A stretch of DNA of 64,000 nt. Origin: Octopus sinensis. Taxonomy: Eukaryota. The stretch lies in assembly GCF_006345805.1 (NCBI RefSeq), contig NC_043011.1, positions 58,602,464 through 58,666,463 on the forward strand, given 5' to 3'. The translations under genes were made by a program, and so were the position numbers. Positions 39,500 to 52,260 of the stretch are shown here, piece by piece. How positions within the stretch are numbered: the stretch's first letter is position 1; each line of letters begins with the position of its first letter. The notes under the pieces are model-generated. The model saw only the letters and a program-made list of their open reading frames with translations, ran no database searches and was not told the DNA's origin.

Positions 39500-40150
39500 T
39501 GTGTGGTGTAAGACGATGTTGACCATCACACCATTTGACGATGAAACGGAACGATCCAGAACACAGATCATAAAGCATTTTTACCGCTGTTCTAACGATT
39601 ACTTAATACAATATCACTACTTCAGTCGCCATATTTCGATGCTGGAAGACCTCACACAACGAAACCTTCCTTTAACATCAGCATTCAATACCAATATACT
39701 TTTCTCCAATGTTTCGTTTGCGATATCCTTCGAAAAAGATCTGAATATCACTTGTCGGTAAATTAAAATTTAATAGTAAAGAAAGTAAACCAACCACAAA
39801 GCAAAATAATTCGTCGGAATATCATCGAATATACAGTATTAGCAAAAAAAGGTCAGTACAATGTTGCTGAAGAAGCTTCCGGAACGTGACGAAGATGACG
39901 TTTTGCTGTGGAAAATGGAGACATTCCTCGGTAGACAATGTATTTTAACGTATTTTCTCAAAATATTGAATTTAATACAATGCTTTTTTTCCGGAGCTAT
40001 AAGGTGGGAAGATATCACGCAGATAAAAAGGAACACATTTCATAAATGTAACGGAGTTTGTTGGGAACCTGTTTATCTACCACTGCCTAGCATCGTATGT
40101 CCTTTGATTTTGATATTTAGCGAGTGCAGGGACGTGAAACAGATAATGTT
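39500..40150 (+). mobile_element. Possible highly decayed mariner-type relic
   Basis: Weak resemblance only (GVCWEPVYLPLPSIVCPL vs LGWEVL.HPPYSPDLAP). Confidence 0.25.
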
Positions 40151-41827
40151 GCTTGGTTAGTTCATGTGTTGTAATTAGATATTTTTTCACGTCACCATTT
40201 GCTAACCTGCTCTTGTCATATGGCTTTACGCTGTCAGAGAAGTTAAAAGTGAAGTTACAGTTGCGTGTACTAATGTTGTTGATTGAAATTTTAGAAACTC
40301 ATCGCATTGGTTACAAACCTTACATATATTATTATCATAGTTAAGAATAATATTTATTATGCTCAAACTTTTTTCGCTGGTGGTTTTACGCGTCAGGATA
40401 TATTTTTTGGAGAAGATATCCTTTTTGCCTTATCACATACTTCTATTTTAGTGTATGCTGTTACAGCAGACCTGGTATATATACAAACCAACGAGATTCA
40501 CATTCGTCTGTGCTCTTCTATATCCCCAGTTTGATGTACTGAACGGTGATGTCTTCAGACTGACGTGCAGTTGGATCAGATACATTTTACTCAGGTTGAG
40601 TAGCACATAAGCAATTGATTCGTCCAAATTTGCTCAATCGTATTTGAAGTCCATACCATGTATATCATTATATCATTATATCATTATAATTCCCTTAGTT
40701 TCAATGAATATAGTGTAGAACCACGCAAGTCTTGTTACATGCTGAATAAATGTATTATCTATATTATGATCAAATGCTTCCACCCACAAATATTTTTAGA
40801 AATTTGAATCAAAATTATTAGCAGAAATTATCGACCCTCTCTTATAACAAAGAAGATCTTATGATAGAACATCTGCATATCATAATACAACTTCTCTAAA
40901 TAGTACCCTACCAAGACAAAATTGTACCCTACTAAGACAAAATTAAATATATGCCGAAGGCCAATATATAAGAATGAATAGAAACTTTTTAATTCTCGGA
41001 ATCTGGATTAACAACGTCTTAAAATAATTAATTATCCCGTTGGTATTTTCCCACTGTTGTACGATCGATGCTTTCTTAATATCCTCGTTAATATTCATCT
41101 TGCATTTCTAATTATTACTTGTGTGTATATGTTCACTGAGCACTTAAAGATGATATGTTGCTAATGGTCTCTCATATATAATTTATATTATTTATGAAAA
41201 TGTTATCATTATATGTATTTGACATAAATTATTTTTATTATCAGAAATATATTAGAAGTGGCCTAAAATGTAATGAGACAGTTTCATTTTCTGTTTCTGG
41301 AATCGGTTAGTTACCTTATGGAAATTGAAATTAGTGTTGATGATTAGTAGGCCTGCATCAAAATGTGTTCTGTTTTTAATCTTGTGTATTTGTTTTACTC
41401 GTTATCCTGTTATGATGTTCGTTAATTCTAATGGTATCATCATGTCGGAGAAAAAGAAAAACGTCTATATCATACTGTAATCATTTTCTAATACTTTCTG
41501 ATGGAATGAGTATATTTTGAATAGTCTAGTCCACTGTTGTGCAGCCCTCTATAATACTTGATCATCAACAATGGTCTGCTTTAAATATTATAATGCCTAG
41601 TATCCAATTCTGAGATTTATCAGACACCCTGCACGACGTAGACAAAAGTGTAGTGTAGTACAGTGTAACGTGAATTATAGGAAACAAAAAGATCAGATAA
41701 AATCTAATGTAGTGATACAAAGCAGTACAAGTTTAATTCATTCCATGACCGAACGCGTCGTACGATTTATTCGTTTTACAAATCAATTTTTCGCATGGAG
41801 ATTAACTAAAATATAATTAATATATTG

Positions 41828-42270
41828 AAGATGTATTTGCATAGCGAGTGACTTGATCTGAGATCGTGTGCTGGAACGAAAACAATTGCAGCGTGGAAGG
41901 TGCTTATAAGCCATTTACGAAACACACAAAAACCGTTAGATTCACTTCAACATTTAAATTTAATTTGTGAAAATATTTTCGTCGCTTTCAGACCGCGACC
42001 TGTTCACTGACAAGAACTTCGTGCTGCATCTCAAAGCAACGAAAATATTTTGACAATTTAAATATAAATGTTTAAGTGAATCTAACGGTTCTTGTGTGTT
42101 TCTTAAAACTTCGTGCTGCATTTGTTATAATTAATATAATAGAATTAGTTGAAATATAATTCCAGGACATCCCCGCACCCAAACAAAAAAATACTTTTTC
42201 AATGGCTTTTAAAGCAGAAAACGCATAGTTACAAGTAAAATGGTAATTGTAAGAACGAAAATGCAGACGT
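41828..42270 (-). mobile_element. Second copy of the 37292 composite (arm + partial inverted arm + same spacer)
   Basis: 41828-42032 arm; 42030-42105 inverted fragment; spacer 42123-42265 matches 37433-37575. Confidence 0.85.
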
Positions 42271-43210
42271 AATATGTAAACTGGTTTTATTAACTGAATT
42301 ACCTTAAAGATGGGACGATATTTATGCTCGTACTGCGGATTTCCGCTCGTACTTCAAGACAAAAATTCGCTCGTATAGTGAATCACTCGTACAATAGTGA
42401 ACTCGCACTGCAAGTTATAAGGGAGAAAAAGATTATAATTTTAAATAGTTTGGCGGAATTGCAATGGCTCTCAATAAAAAAAGTAATGGTCGCGTAATTT
42501 AGATACATTGTAATGGATGTTCAAGTAATGAAACAGAATCGCGATTCCTGTATGGACGTGGCAATGGGTTCGAGTTTAGTTATGCAAAACGCAGTGTCAG
42601 GCTAACAATTACAATACTGAGCACTAAATAACTGACCCCTGGCCAAGTAAAGTGCCTTACATCCTAATTAAGTATAAAATGCACTAACAAAAGGTTTAGA
42701 AGACTTATACTTAAACGGTGTGCGTCTCTTCCATCGCGAACGTTTGGAAGTTTTTTTTTTTATATGAGATAGTGTGTATGGTAACTATAGAAAACAGTAA
42801 AACACGAGAACATATTTAGTAAAGGCGGAAAAACCAATAAAGACTAACAATGGCATGTAGCAATGAAGAAGCTTATTTGAATCCTATCAGAATATTATCG
42901 AAATGGCAAAAACAGATTAATGGCGTATTTGGATTATATCGTGGTTAGATTATTGTATATTTTATGTTTAAGCATTTTACTTGTTTCGCTCAATGCTCTG
43001 ACACTTGTTGGGATTCCAGCTTGAAGGAATTTGGCGAAGAGATCAACTCCAGTAGTTAATCTGTTTCTAAGAGTAGTAGATATTCCACTGGGCACTTTTG
43101 ACGAATTGCTAATGCTACGCAGACGGGGATGTAAACAAACAAACATTGGTTGTAGTAAGCTGAGGGGATAATCAGACACAAACAAACGGAAAAAAACACA
43201 TAGACTCACA

Positions 43211-44086
43211 CACAGGTGTTCGGGTTAAATTTGACAGTTTTTCATGTGTCTTTATTTCAGGAAAAGGTTCGTGGTTTGATGAATCAGTCAAAGGTGTGGT
43301 TGAGAAAAAACTACTTACATACCTGAATGGGAGACATTTGAGTGCTCCAGAATGAGCTACGTTTATCCCGAGGATTCGTGTTGGGCATCAAAATGCCGAC
43401 ATCCTCATTGATACGAAATGATCTGAGAGTATTATAAATGCTGTAAGACGTTAGGGTGACATCCTGAAATTCAAGTTCTACTAAACAGTTATGGTGTTTG
43501 CGTGTGTCAACAGCGAGGGTTACTGCAGGGAAACTCACAACGCCTTAGGCTCACTTCAGGCGGCAAAGTGAAAATCCTGGAGACTGGGATCTAAGTCTAG
43601 ATGGATAAGGTTGTTGCTGGAAGACCATATGTGTGGCAGCAGGTTTTGCTTCATTGACATAATTCTGGTAAGAGAGGGAAACGGTTGTCGGAGAATGTCT
43701 GCGACTTCATCAGCCCGAATGTCTGGCATCCTCAATCACTAGATTCTAATTCCATGGGTGTGATTCTAATTGGTCTGATTCCCTAGATTATAATCCCTAT
43801 GTATCATGTGCTGTGGTCAAGGCACTAACCGCTTTGCCTATAAAACCAAGGGTAAGCTATTAGTTAAGATCAAAATGTCGGAAGATCTTTCGAGGGAAAC
43901 GCCTGGAACGCATGCACCAGGTTCTAGATCCGTCTTGAAACAGTGGTGGGAAATAAAGGCAGATACTTTGAGTAGGTTCTAATATCCCAGCCATGATATA
44001 TTTTGTTTTTAAAAATGCTTTTAATTTTGGATGAACACTTTTCTTTTCTTTTTATGCAAACTCGCAAATTTAGCCCGAACACCCTG
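43211..44086 (+). mobile_element. Internally deleted Tc1/mariner-superfamily (maT/DD37D-like) element with TIRs
   Basis: TIRs CAGG-TGTTCGGGTTAAATTTG (43212) / CAAATTTAGCCCGAACACCCTG followed by TA (44065-44088); relic peptides MVFACVNSEG, VAGRPYVWQQ, CDFISPNVWHPQSLDSNSM. Confidence 0.85.
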
Positions 44087-44371
44087 TACTCAGGACTGGT
44101 TAAAACAAAGATTCCTACGAACAAATTCAATCACAAAATTATTGATCGGCTCGGGGATGTGATCGAAGACAATTGCCCAAGTCAAGAAGATACCGTGCAG
44201 TGAGCTTGAACCTGAGATCACGTAGTTTCAGCTCGAGTTCCTAATATATCTAGCCATATTTTATGAATACACAAATACACACGCTTACACACAACACACA
44301 AACACACAAACACACAAACAAACACACACGTACATGCCTGTGCGTTTGCATATGTGTGTATATTTATATAT

Positions 44372-44409
<38 letters not shown>

Positions 44410-44443
44410 ATATATATATATATGTATATATATATATACATAT

Positions 44444-44530
<87 letters not shown>

Positions 44531-44841
44531 GATAGATAGATAGAGAGATAAATGAAATGCAATGTATGTATAATAAGTATGAGTTTATGTATGGAGAATC
44601 ATGTACATGCATAATAAATAGCGACACTAAAATGTCCAATTTAGAAAAAATGTAACTGCAGTTACATCTCATAAATTTGAAGAATGGTAATAAAGCAAAT
44701 GTTGCATGAGCGAAAACTGTAAGCTGGTGAATTGTAGTTGAGGATACCGTAAAAGGGAAGAAACTGAGAGACGAGAGGTAGTGGAACAATGGGTAGCCTA
44801 ACAGTTTAAAATTCTACAATGGGTAACAGCTGATATGTATG

Positions 44842-44892
<51 letters not shown>

Positions 44893-44894
<2 letters not shown>

Positions 44895-45293
44895 CTCTTT
44901 ACTCTTTTACTTGTTTCAGTCATTTGACTGCGGTCATGCTGGAGCGCCGCATTTAGTTGAGCAAATCGACACCAGGACTTATTCTTTGTAAGCCTAGTAC
45001 TTATTCTATCGGTCTCGTTTGCCGAACCGCTAATTTACGGGGACGTAAACACACCAGCATCGGTTGTCAAGCGACGTTGGGGTGACAAACACAGACACAC
45101 AAACACACACACATATATATACATATACATAACAGGCTTCTTTCAGTTTCCGTCTACCAAATTCATACACAAGGCTTTGGTCGGCCCGAGGTTATAGTAG
45201 AAGTCACTTGCCCAAGCTGCCACGCAGTGGGACTGAACCCAGAACGATGTGGTGTGTAAACAAGCTACTTACCACACAGCCACTCCTGCGCCT
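44893..45293 (-). mobile_element. SINE family A, full length
   Basis: Matches the 34312 copy in reverse complement. Confidence 0.95.
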
Positions 45294-45294
45294 G

Positions 45295-45422
<128 letters not shown>

Positions 45423-46179
45423 TTTCACTAAATAATTCAAGAAAAAATAAATAGACGTTCATAAAGTTATAGTTTTCGTTTAGATAGTCGACTTTTATGA
45501 ACGGGAAATATATTCTTTGAATATAAATATTTCACTTTCTGTATACCTTTTTATATACCCACATGGTGAAAGAAATCCTTAGGTCATAGAACAGTACGCT
45601 CGTATGTTTCAGTTTAATCCTATGGGATTACTTACGTAAATTATGCGATTGTTCTATATTAACAAACAATTTAAGAAAGTTTTGTTTTGATATTTCAGAT
45701 TCTTTTCTAGATAACACGGAAAGTAAAGTGAGAAACAACAGAGAATCAGCAAGTTTCATTGCCGAAAATACAAGACCTGAGTAAAAATTGTAGGAAAATT
45801 AATTTTTACGGTTATGTCTATTACTTTAGGAACACATCGTTTACAAAAGGAAAAATCGTTTTCATTGAATAATTTAACTACATTGTTCGCGCTCTTCTTG
45901 CAGAGATCAAGTAATCATATCAGAATAATTATAAGAAATAAGAAATGATGAATTATTCAAACAAGCATTAAGATAAAAAACAGTCAATACATATTCTAAT
46001 GTTTTGTTTTCAATTCTTTTTTCATAACCTCACATAAGCATAGATTCTCAATCATGCCACTGCACTATTGCGCACGCAGACAAGTATCACCCGCACCATA
46101 AGACAGGAATATATGTCTGTGTGTCTATATTAGCGTGGCTGCATGTATATATACGAGCATACATACATACATACATACA

Positions 46180-46270
<91 letters not shown>

Positions 46271-46729
46271 AACATATACATACACACATTTGTGCGTATC
46301 TAAGAGTGCATAAGATTATTAATTCTATATAGATATACGTATGTACGCACGCACATATATATAAGCGTGTATGTATTAATGTGTGTGTGTCAGTGCGTAC
46401 GTGTGTATGTGCGTGTGTGCCTGTGTATGTGTTTGTGTACGGCCCTACCAAAAGCAAAATGATGAATTGGTACTAATAATACGAAGAGACACTTGAAAAT
46501 AAAATCAAGTCACATATTGAAATAAATATATAGATCGCAAAGATTGTATATACATATATTTCAATGTGATTAGAATTTGCTTTCAAGTCACTCTCTGCAT
46601 TATCTCTCCATATTTATCATTGTATACGTTATCACTCTTTATATGATTCTTTTCATTTTTATGGGGTCCTGTCACTAATCGCACAATTTTGGTGTGGAGA
46701 GGAAATATTTACCATATAATTACTTTTTC

Positions 46730-47133
46730 AGTATGTATATATATATATATATATAATATATATATATATATATAATATATATATATATACATATATATGT
46801 ACAGAGAGAGACAGAGAGAGAGATGTGGAGAGATATATACATATGTGTAGATTGATGTAGATCGATAGACGCACAGCTAGATATACAAACACATAATCAC
46901 ACGTATACATAATATACATAAATATATATGTATATGTACATATTTAAGTATATGTGTATGTGGCTGTACGTATATCTATCTTTGTATCGATTAATATCAA
47001 TATATATGTATACATGTATATCTATATATATCTATATATATATATACATATACATATACATATATATATATATAAATATAAATATATATACATGTCCATA
47101 TATACATATATATTTATATACATGTATATATAT

Positions 47134-47188
<55 letters not shown>

Positions 47189-47254
47189 CATGTATATAAA
47201 TATATATGTATATATGGACATGTATATATATTTATATTTATATATATATATATG

Positions 47255-47298
<44 letters not shown>

Positions 47299-47318
47299 AT
47301 TATATATATACATATATA

Positions 47319-47355
<37 letters not shown>
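46730..47355. repeat. Long compound (AT)n/(ATAC)n microsatellite field; representative of dozens of similar tracts (e.g. 228-492, 3220-3610, 7940-8090, 9600-9840, 19320-19645, 31300-31720, 44375-44530)
   Basis: Read directly from the sequence. Confidence 0.95.
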
Positions 47356-47356
<1 letters not shown>

Positions 47357-47709
47357 GTGAGTGTCTGTATATAACTGTGTGTCCGTGCGTGTATGTGCGC
47401 ACCTGTATATGTAAGTGTACATTTCATTGTTTTACTGGTTTTCGTCATCCACATCTTCATTTATATTTCACAGGGGTTAAACAAAGGGGGTACAATACAC
47501 GGAACAAATGTTATCGGGGACTGAGCGAATGATATTACTTTTTTTCGTAGTTCTGGTTCGGCTGTCCTCTCTAGCAAATAAGGCTACCTGTAATGTGTTG
47601 GCTCTGTGTATGAATACTATAGTCTTTTATATATTAAAATATATTATATATTAACTTTTATGACGCATGCTAACCAGCGGTATGAATTTTTTCCCAAATT
47701 TTTCAAAGC

Positions 47710-48182
47710 GTGTATGCTTGTATGTTTTGTGTTGGCGCGGATGTTCTGTGTGTGTACCTGAGTGTGTGTGTTGTGTCTGTCCGAGTATGTTTGTGTTTTA
47801 ATTCTCCTTGTATTCTCTGTGTATGTGTGAGGGTGCGTGTGTATGTGTGGGGGTATGTGTGGGTGTCTATCTGTGTGTAACACACACGGACACACACAGA
47901 ACCGCTGATAAATACAACAAACCTACACACACATAGACACCCACACATACCCCCACACACATATACACCCACACATACCCCCACACACATTCATATGGAC
48001 TCTCACACACATATACAGTTGCTCACACACACAGGAACCACAAGGACAATTAAAACAACACAAACATATTCAGACAGCCACACACACACACACACACTCA
48101 CGTACACACACACTCACGTACACGCACACTCACGTACACACAAATAACATCCTCACCAACATAAAACCCACAAACATACACA
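47710..48182. repeat. ~470-bp imperfect foldback with TG-rich left arm and CA-rich right arm
   Basis: Non-microsatellite anchors match in reverse complement (ACAAGGA.AATTAAAAC..ACAAACATA.TC.GACAG; AACATCC...CCAACA.AAAAC); 16-bp unit triplicated at 48094-48140. Confidence 0.8.
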
Positions 48183-48511
48183 CAAACACACGCTGACACA
48201 CACATACACACACGTGAACAAACACTTATACACACATATGCGCACACATAAAAAATGCCAGGAGTACAGGTTGGTTCCTCTCAAATTCTTTGTAAACTCT
48301 TAAATATATTTCTTTCTGTGTATATATATATATACTACCAAACAAACATGATTTCTATTGAACTCCTAATACATTTTGTGTAATATCTTCTTAAATCTTT
48401 TGCTGTAAGCTCTTTTTAACATTTTATTATTATTATCAAAAATGTATATGCGTATTTTGATACTTTTGTGACAACCAGTACTTAACACAACAAAGCTTTT
48501 ATATATATATA

Positions 48512-48545
<34 letters not shown>

Positions 48546-48811
48546 TCCACTCTTCGTTCTTTCGTTCCCCTCTCTCACATTTCCCCGCCATCTCTTCTTG
48601 GTCACTTTGCCTCCTGTTTTCACTTCACTGTGTCCCTGTCATTTTTCTCGACTCTCCTTAATTCTTCTGTCCCTCTGCCTCTACCTTTCTCTCTCTTCTC
48701 TCCCACGGGACCGGTGTTCGACCAAGCCTGAGCTTTCATTCTTGGTTCGATCGTCCTCCCTGCATCATCTATATTCCTCCTTCTGCCTGTGAAATCATGT
48801 ATCCCTGCCGT

Positions 48812-49217
48812 AAGGCAGGCTGTGTGGAAAGTAGCTTGCTTACTAACCACATGGTTCCTGGTTGAGTCCCACTGAGTGGCATCTTGGGCAAGTGTCTTCT
48901 GCTATAGCTTCGGGCAGACCAATGCCATGTGAGTGGATCTGGTAGACGGAAACTGAAAGAACCCTGTCGTATATATGTATATATAGATATGTATGTGTGT
49001 GTGTTTGTGTGTCTGTGTTTGTTCCCCTAGCATTGCTTGACAACCGATGCTGGTGTGTTTACGTCCCCTTCAATTAGCGGTTCGGCAAAAAGAGACCGAT
49101 ACAATAAGTACTGGGCTTACAAAGAATATGTCCCGGTCGATTTGCTCGACTAAAGGCGGTGCTCCAGCATGGCCGCAGTCAAATGACTGAAACAAGTAAA
49201 AGAGTAATAAAAGAGTA
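48812..49217 (+). mobile_element. SINE family A, near full length
   Basis: Matches the 34312 copy. Confidence 0.95.
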
Positions 49218-50398
49218 TACCTATAAGTACATTTATGTAAGTAGTATTCTCTTCTGGTATATTGAAATATTCCATTTCTTGTATAGGATAAGTCTTTTCA
49301 TTTGTGGAATTTGATTAGAAATTAAAATTAAACATGCAAAAATATTATTCGAGAGTAACTTACTACTTTCGAAACCTCGTAATCGAATTTGCAGAATAGT
49401 GAACTAGAGATTACTGGCATAAATGAGGATTGAAATGTTATGTCATAGTAAATGGGGTGGCAGGTGAGAATCCAGGTAAGTTGTTCACAAGAAAACAAAA
49501 AGATCACAAGAGAATAGTCACTGAAAATCTCATTTATTGACAATGCATATAATAACACGATACTATATAAACGGTTTTTAATCTGTACATATCATGTATT
49601 GTCAATAAATGGTTCATCCTGTTATTATACTTATGTAATTGAATAAAAAAAATTTTCTGACATATATATAATGCCATCATGTACAAGTTGTGTACATGTC
49701 ATGCATTGTCACTTCGTACCTTATTTGAAATATATTGTTTTATTATTATATTTTATTCAATGAAATTTTTCCTACAAGAAGTTGTGGCTTTTTTCTTTTA
49801 ACAATTTTCGGTAACTTTCTTCCGGGCAATTTTAAACATAATACGTTGTAAATATTCTCAGAAAATATAGAGAATTGGGAAGTTATTCAATGGATTTATG
49901 TATACGAGAACGGATCAGTTCTACCGAAGACACACCGAGGAACGGGAAGTCGCTGATCACATTCAATTTGTAGAACCGAGATGGCTACTAAATACTTCGA
50001 TTTTCGTAAATTGAATAGACTAGCGAAATAATACTAGTTACATTTTTAATTTAGTTAAATCAACTGAAGTGTATTTACACAAGTATTAATTAACTACACT
50101 TCTTATTTTCACAGAGCCGTATTCATAATACAAAACTCCTCCGAATATTCGGCAAGATATGCATTCCATAAGTAGTTTATACATTTTCTATGCATCATGA
50201 CATCGTTAGAAAAAAGAGACTGGTTAATGGAGTTTCTTTCTGTCCTGTGCGTACAGAGGTCAAATCCATCGAAGTCAATGTTCATTCTCCCATTCTTTCG
50301 AGGTTGGTGTATTAAAATACTTGTCAAGTACTTCGATCAGTGAAATCGGCCTGCGCCCATTCCTCATATTACTCATATTTTAAACACACGTGCGCGTT

Positions 50399-50430
<32 letters not shown>

Positions 50431-50549
50431 CATATATACACACACAAGCACACACACACGCACATACACACACACACGCACATACACACACAAAAATAGA
50501 TAATACGTATTTTGTCCGGTTATGGTGGGTAGAAAGTTACTTCGAAATA

Positions 50550-50784
50550 CCAATTTCTTTACTACCCACAAGGGGCTAAACACAGAGAGGACAGACAAGG
50601 ACAGACAAACGAATTAAATCGATTACATCGACTCCAGTGCGTAACTGGTACTTAATTTATCGAACCCGAAAGAATGAAAGGCAAAGTCGACCTCGGCGGA
50701 ATTTGAACTCAGAACGTAACGGCAGACGAAATATGGCTACGCATTTCGTCCGGCGTGCTAACGTTTCTGCCAGCTCGCCGCCTT
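50550..50784 (-). mobile_element. SINE family C, full length
   Basis: 15-bp TSD AGTTA(C/T)TTCGAAATA at 50535-50549/50785-50799. Confidence 0.95.
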
Positions 50785-51404
50785 AGTTATTTCGAAATAT
50801 GGAGATGGTGCGTGGAAAAAAATTGTTGAGAAAAGTTTGATGTTGATCAATGTGTAGTTATTTTTTTTAAAGAAAGACTACGTTGCTTTCCGCTTTATTA
50901 TTATTAGTAGTATTTTCACTTTTATTATCATTTCCATATAACATACAACATCTGACAAGATAAATGCCTCCTACACATTTTGGCATCGGTTTTAATGCTA
51001 ATTATTTATAAATGTTCGTTTACGTCTGCGATTTTAATTGTAAATGATTCTTTTCAAACCTTCTCCTGCCATGAATTACTCAAGGAGTAATTGTTTGTGA
51101 AAGCCATGAATTGATGTTCGTTATCGCTTAATGATATTTCCCAGCAGATTTACTTTCTCAAACAAACAGTTTTAAATATTTTAACACGGGTTCATGTTTC
51201 AGTTTTAATTTCGTATATGTGGGTGAATGTAAAAAAAAATTGTATATGTATATTATAAACTATTATAATTCGTATATAAACGTATGGCATAAAATGAAGC
51301 ATAATCTATATATGATATATATCTGGAGAGCCGTCTGTATATGTATGTATATACGATATTCATATTATACATTACATAGTATATTATCTATACAAACATA
51401 TTTT

Positions 51405-51620
51405 TTGTTACTTGCTTCAGTCATTTGACTGTGGCCATGCTGGTGTACCACCTTTATTCGAATAAATCGAACCCAGGACATTTTCTCTGTAAGCCCAGTA
51501 CTTGTTCTATCGGTTTCCTTTTGCCGAAATGCTAAGTGACGCGGCACGTAAACACACAACACACCAACATCGTTATCAAGCGATGGTGGTGGGGACAAAC
51601 ACATACACAAATAACAAACG
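51405..51620 (-). mobile_element. SINE family A, 3' half
   Basis: TTACTTGCTTCAGTCATTTGACTGTGGCCATGCTGG. Confidence 0.85.
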
Positions 51621-51645
51621 CATACATATATGCATATATATATAT

Positions 51646-51701
<56 letters not shown>

Positions 51702-52260
51702 ATACACACAGTTACACAGACACACACACACACGCGCGCCCGCACATTTGACTGCGACCATATATAAATAAAATTTTGGGGAAAAGTTTAAAATACTACC
51801 TGTACCACTGGGTTATTATGAGGGCGGGCGAACTCTTTGCTGCCCTCTAACGCGTTCCTAACGGAATACAACACACACACACACACACACACAAACACAA
51901 TTGTGAGCGTATGTATATACTTTCTAGGTGTGTACGAATAAGGATTTCGTGGTTGATGTTTCCCAAGATTTTATATCTTACTCTGGCATATATTACTAGA
52001 ATTTGCAATATTTTCTAGGAGTCTGTATGGGAAGCTGCTAAGGAAAATGAAAAACTGTATTAGCGTAACACTTAATAATTATTGATTACGTTTCGATAAT
52101 TGAATTGTGGTATCGTCTTAATTAGTCGATCTCTGTACATTCAGAAGGATAATATGAAACATTCTTATTAATTCATACCGATAATTACTATAAATATTTC
52201 TCTTTTATACTAGAGTATCCTTGGGTGTTGCCCCTGACTGTTCTCCTTACACAGTGGTAT

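Noticed and set aside
40903-40944. 21-bp tandem duplication (also the 16-bp repeat at 13667-13706)
   Set aside because: Ordinary slippage duplications with no further structure.
43875-43905. CGGAAGA-TCT(TTCG)AGG-GAAAC hammerhead-like motif
   Set aside because: No NUH triplet, no palindromic stem III, no stem I; lies inside a Tc1 relic.
46502-46578. Short imperfect hairpin (TCACATATTGAAATA/TATTTCAATGTGA)
   Set aside because: About 13-20-bp AT-rich arms with an indel; could be chance in this composition.
47535-47585. Minus-strand CTAGAGA-GG..CC-GAAC and 28030-28075 CTGAGGA segments as hammerheads
   Set aside because: Core and stems too degenerate to support.
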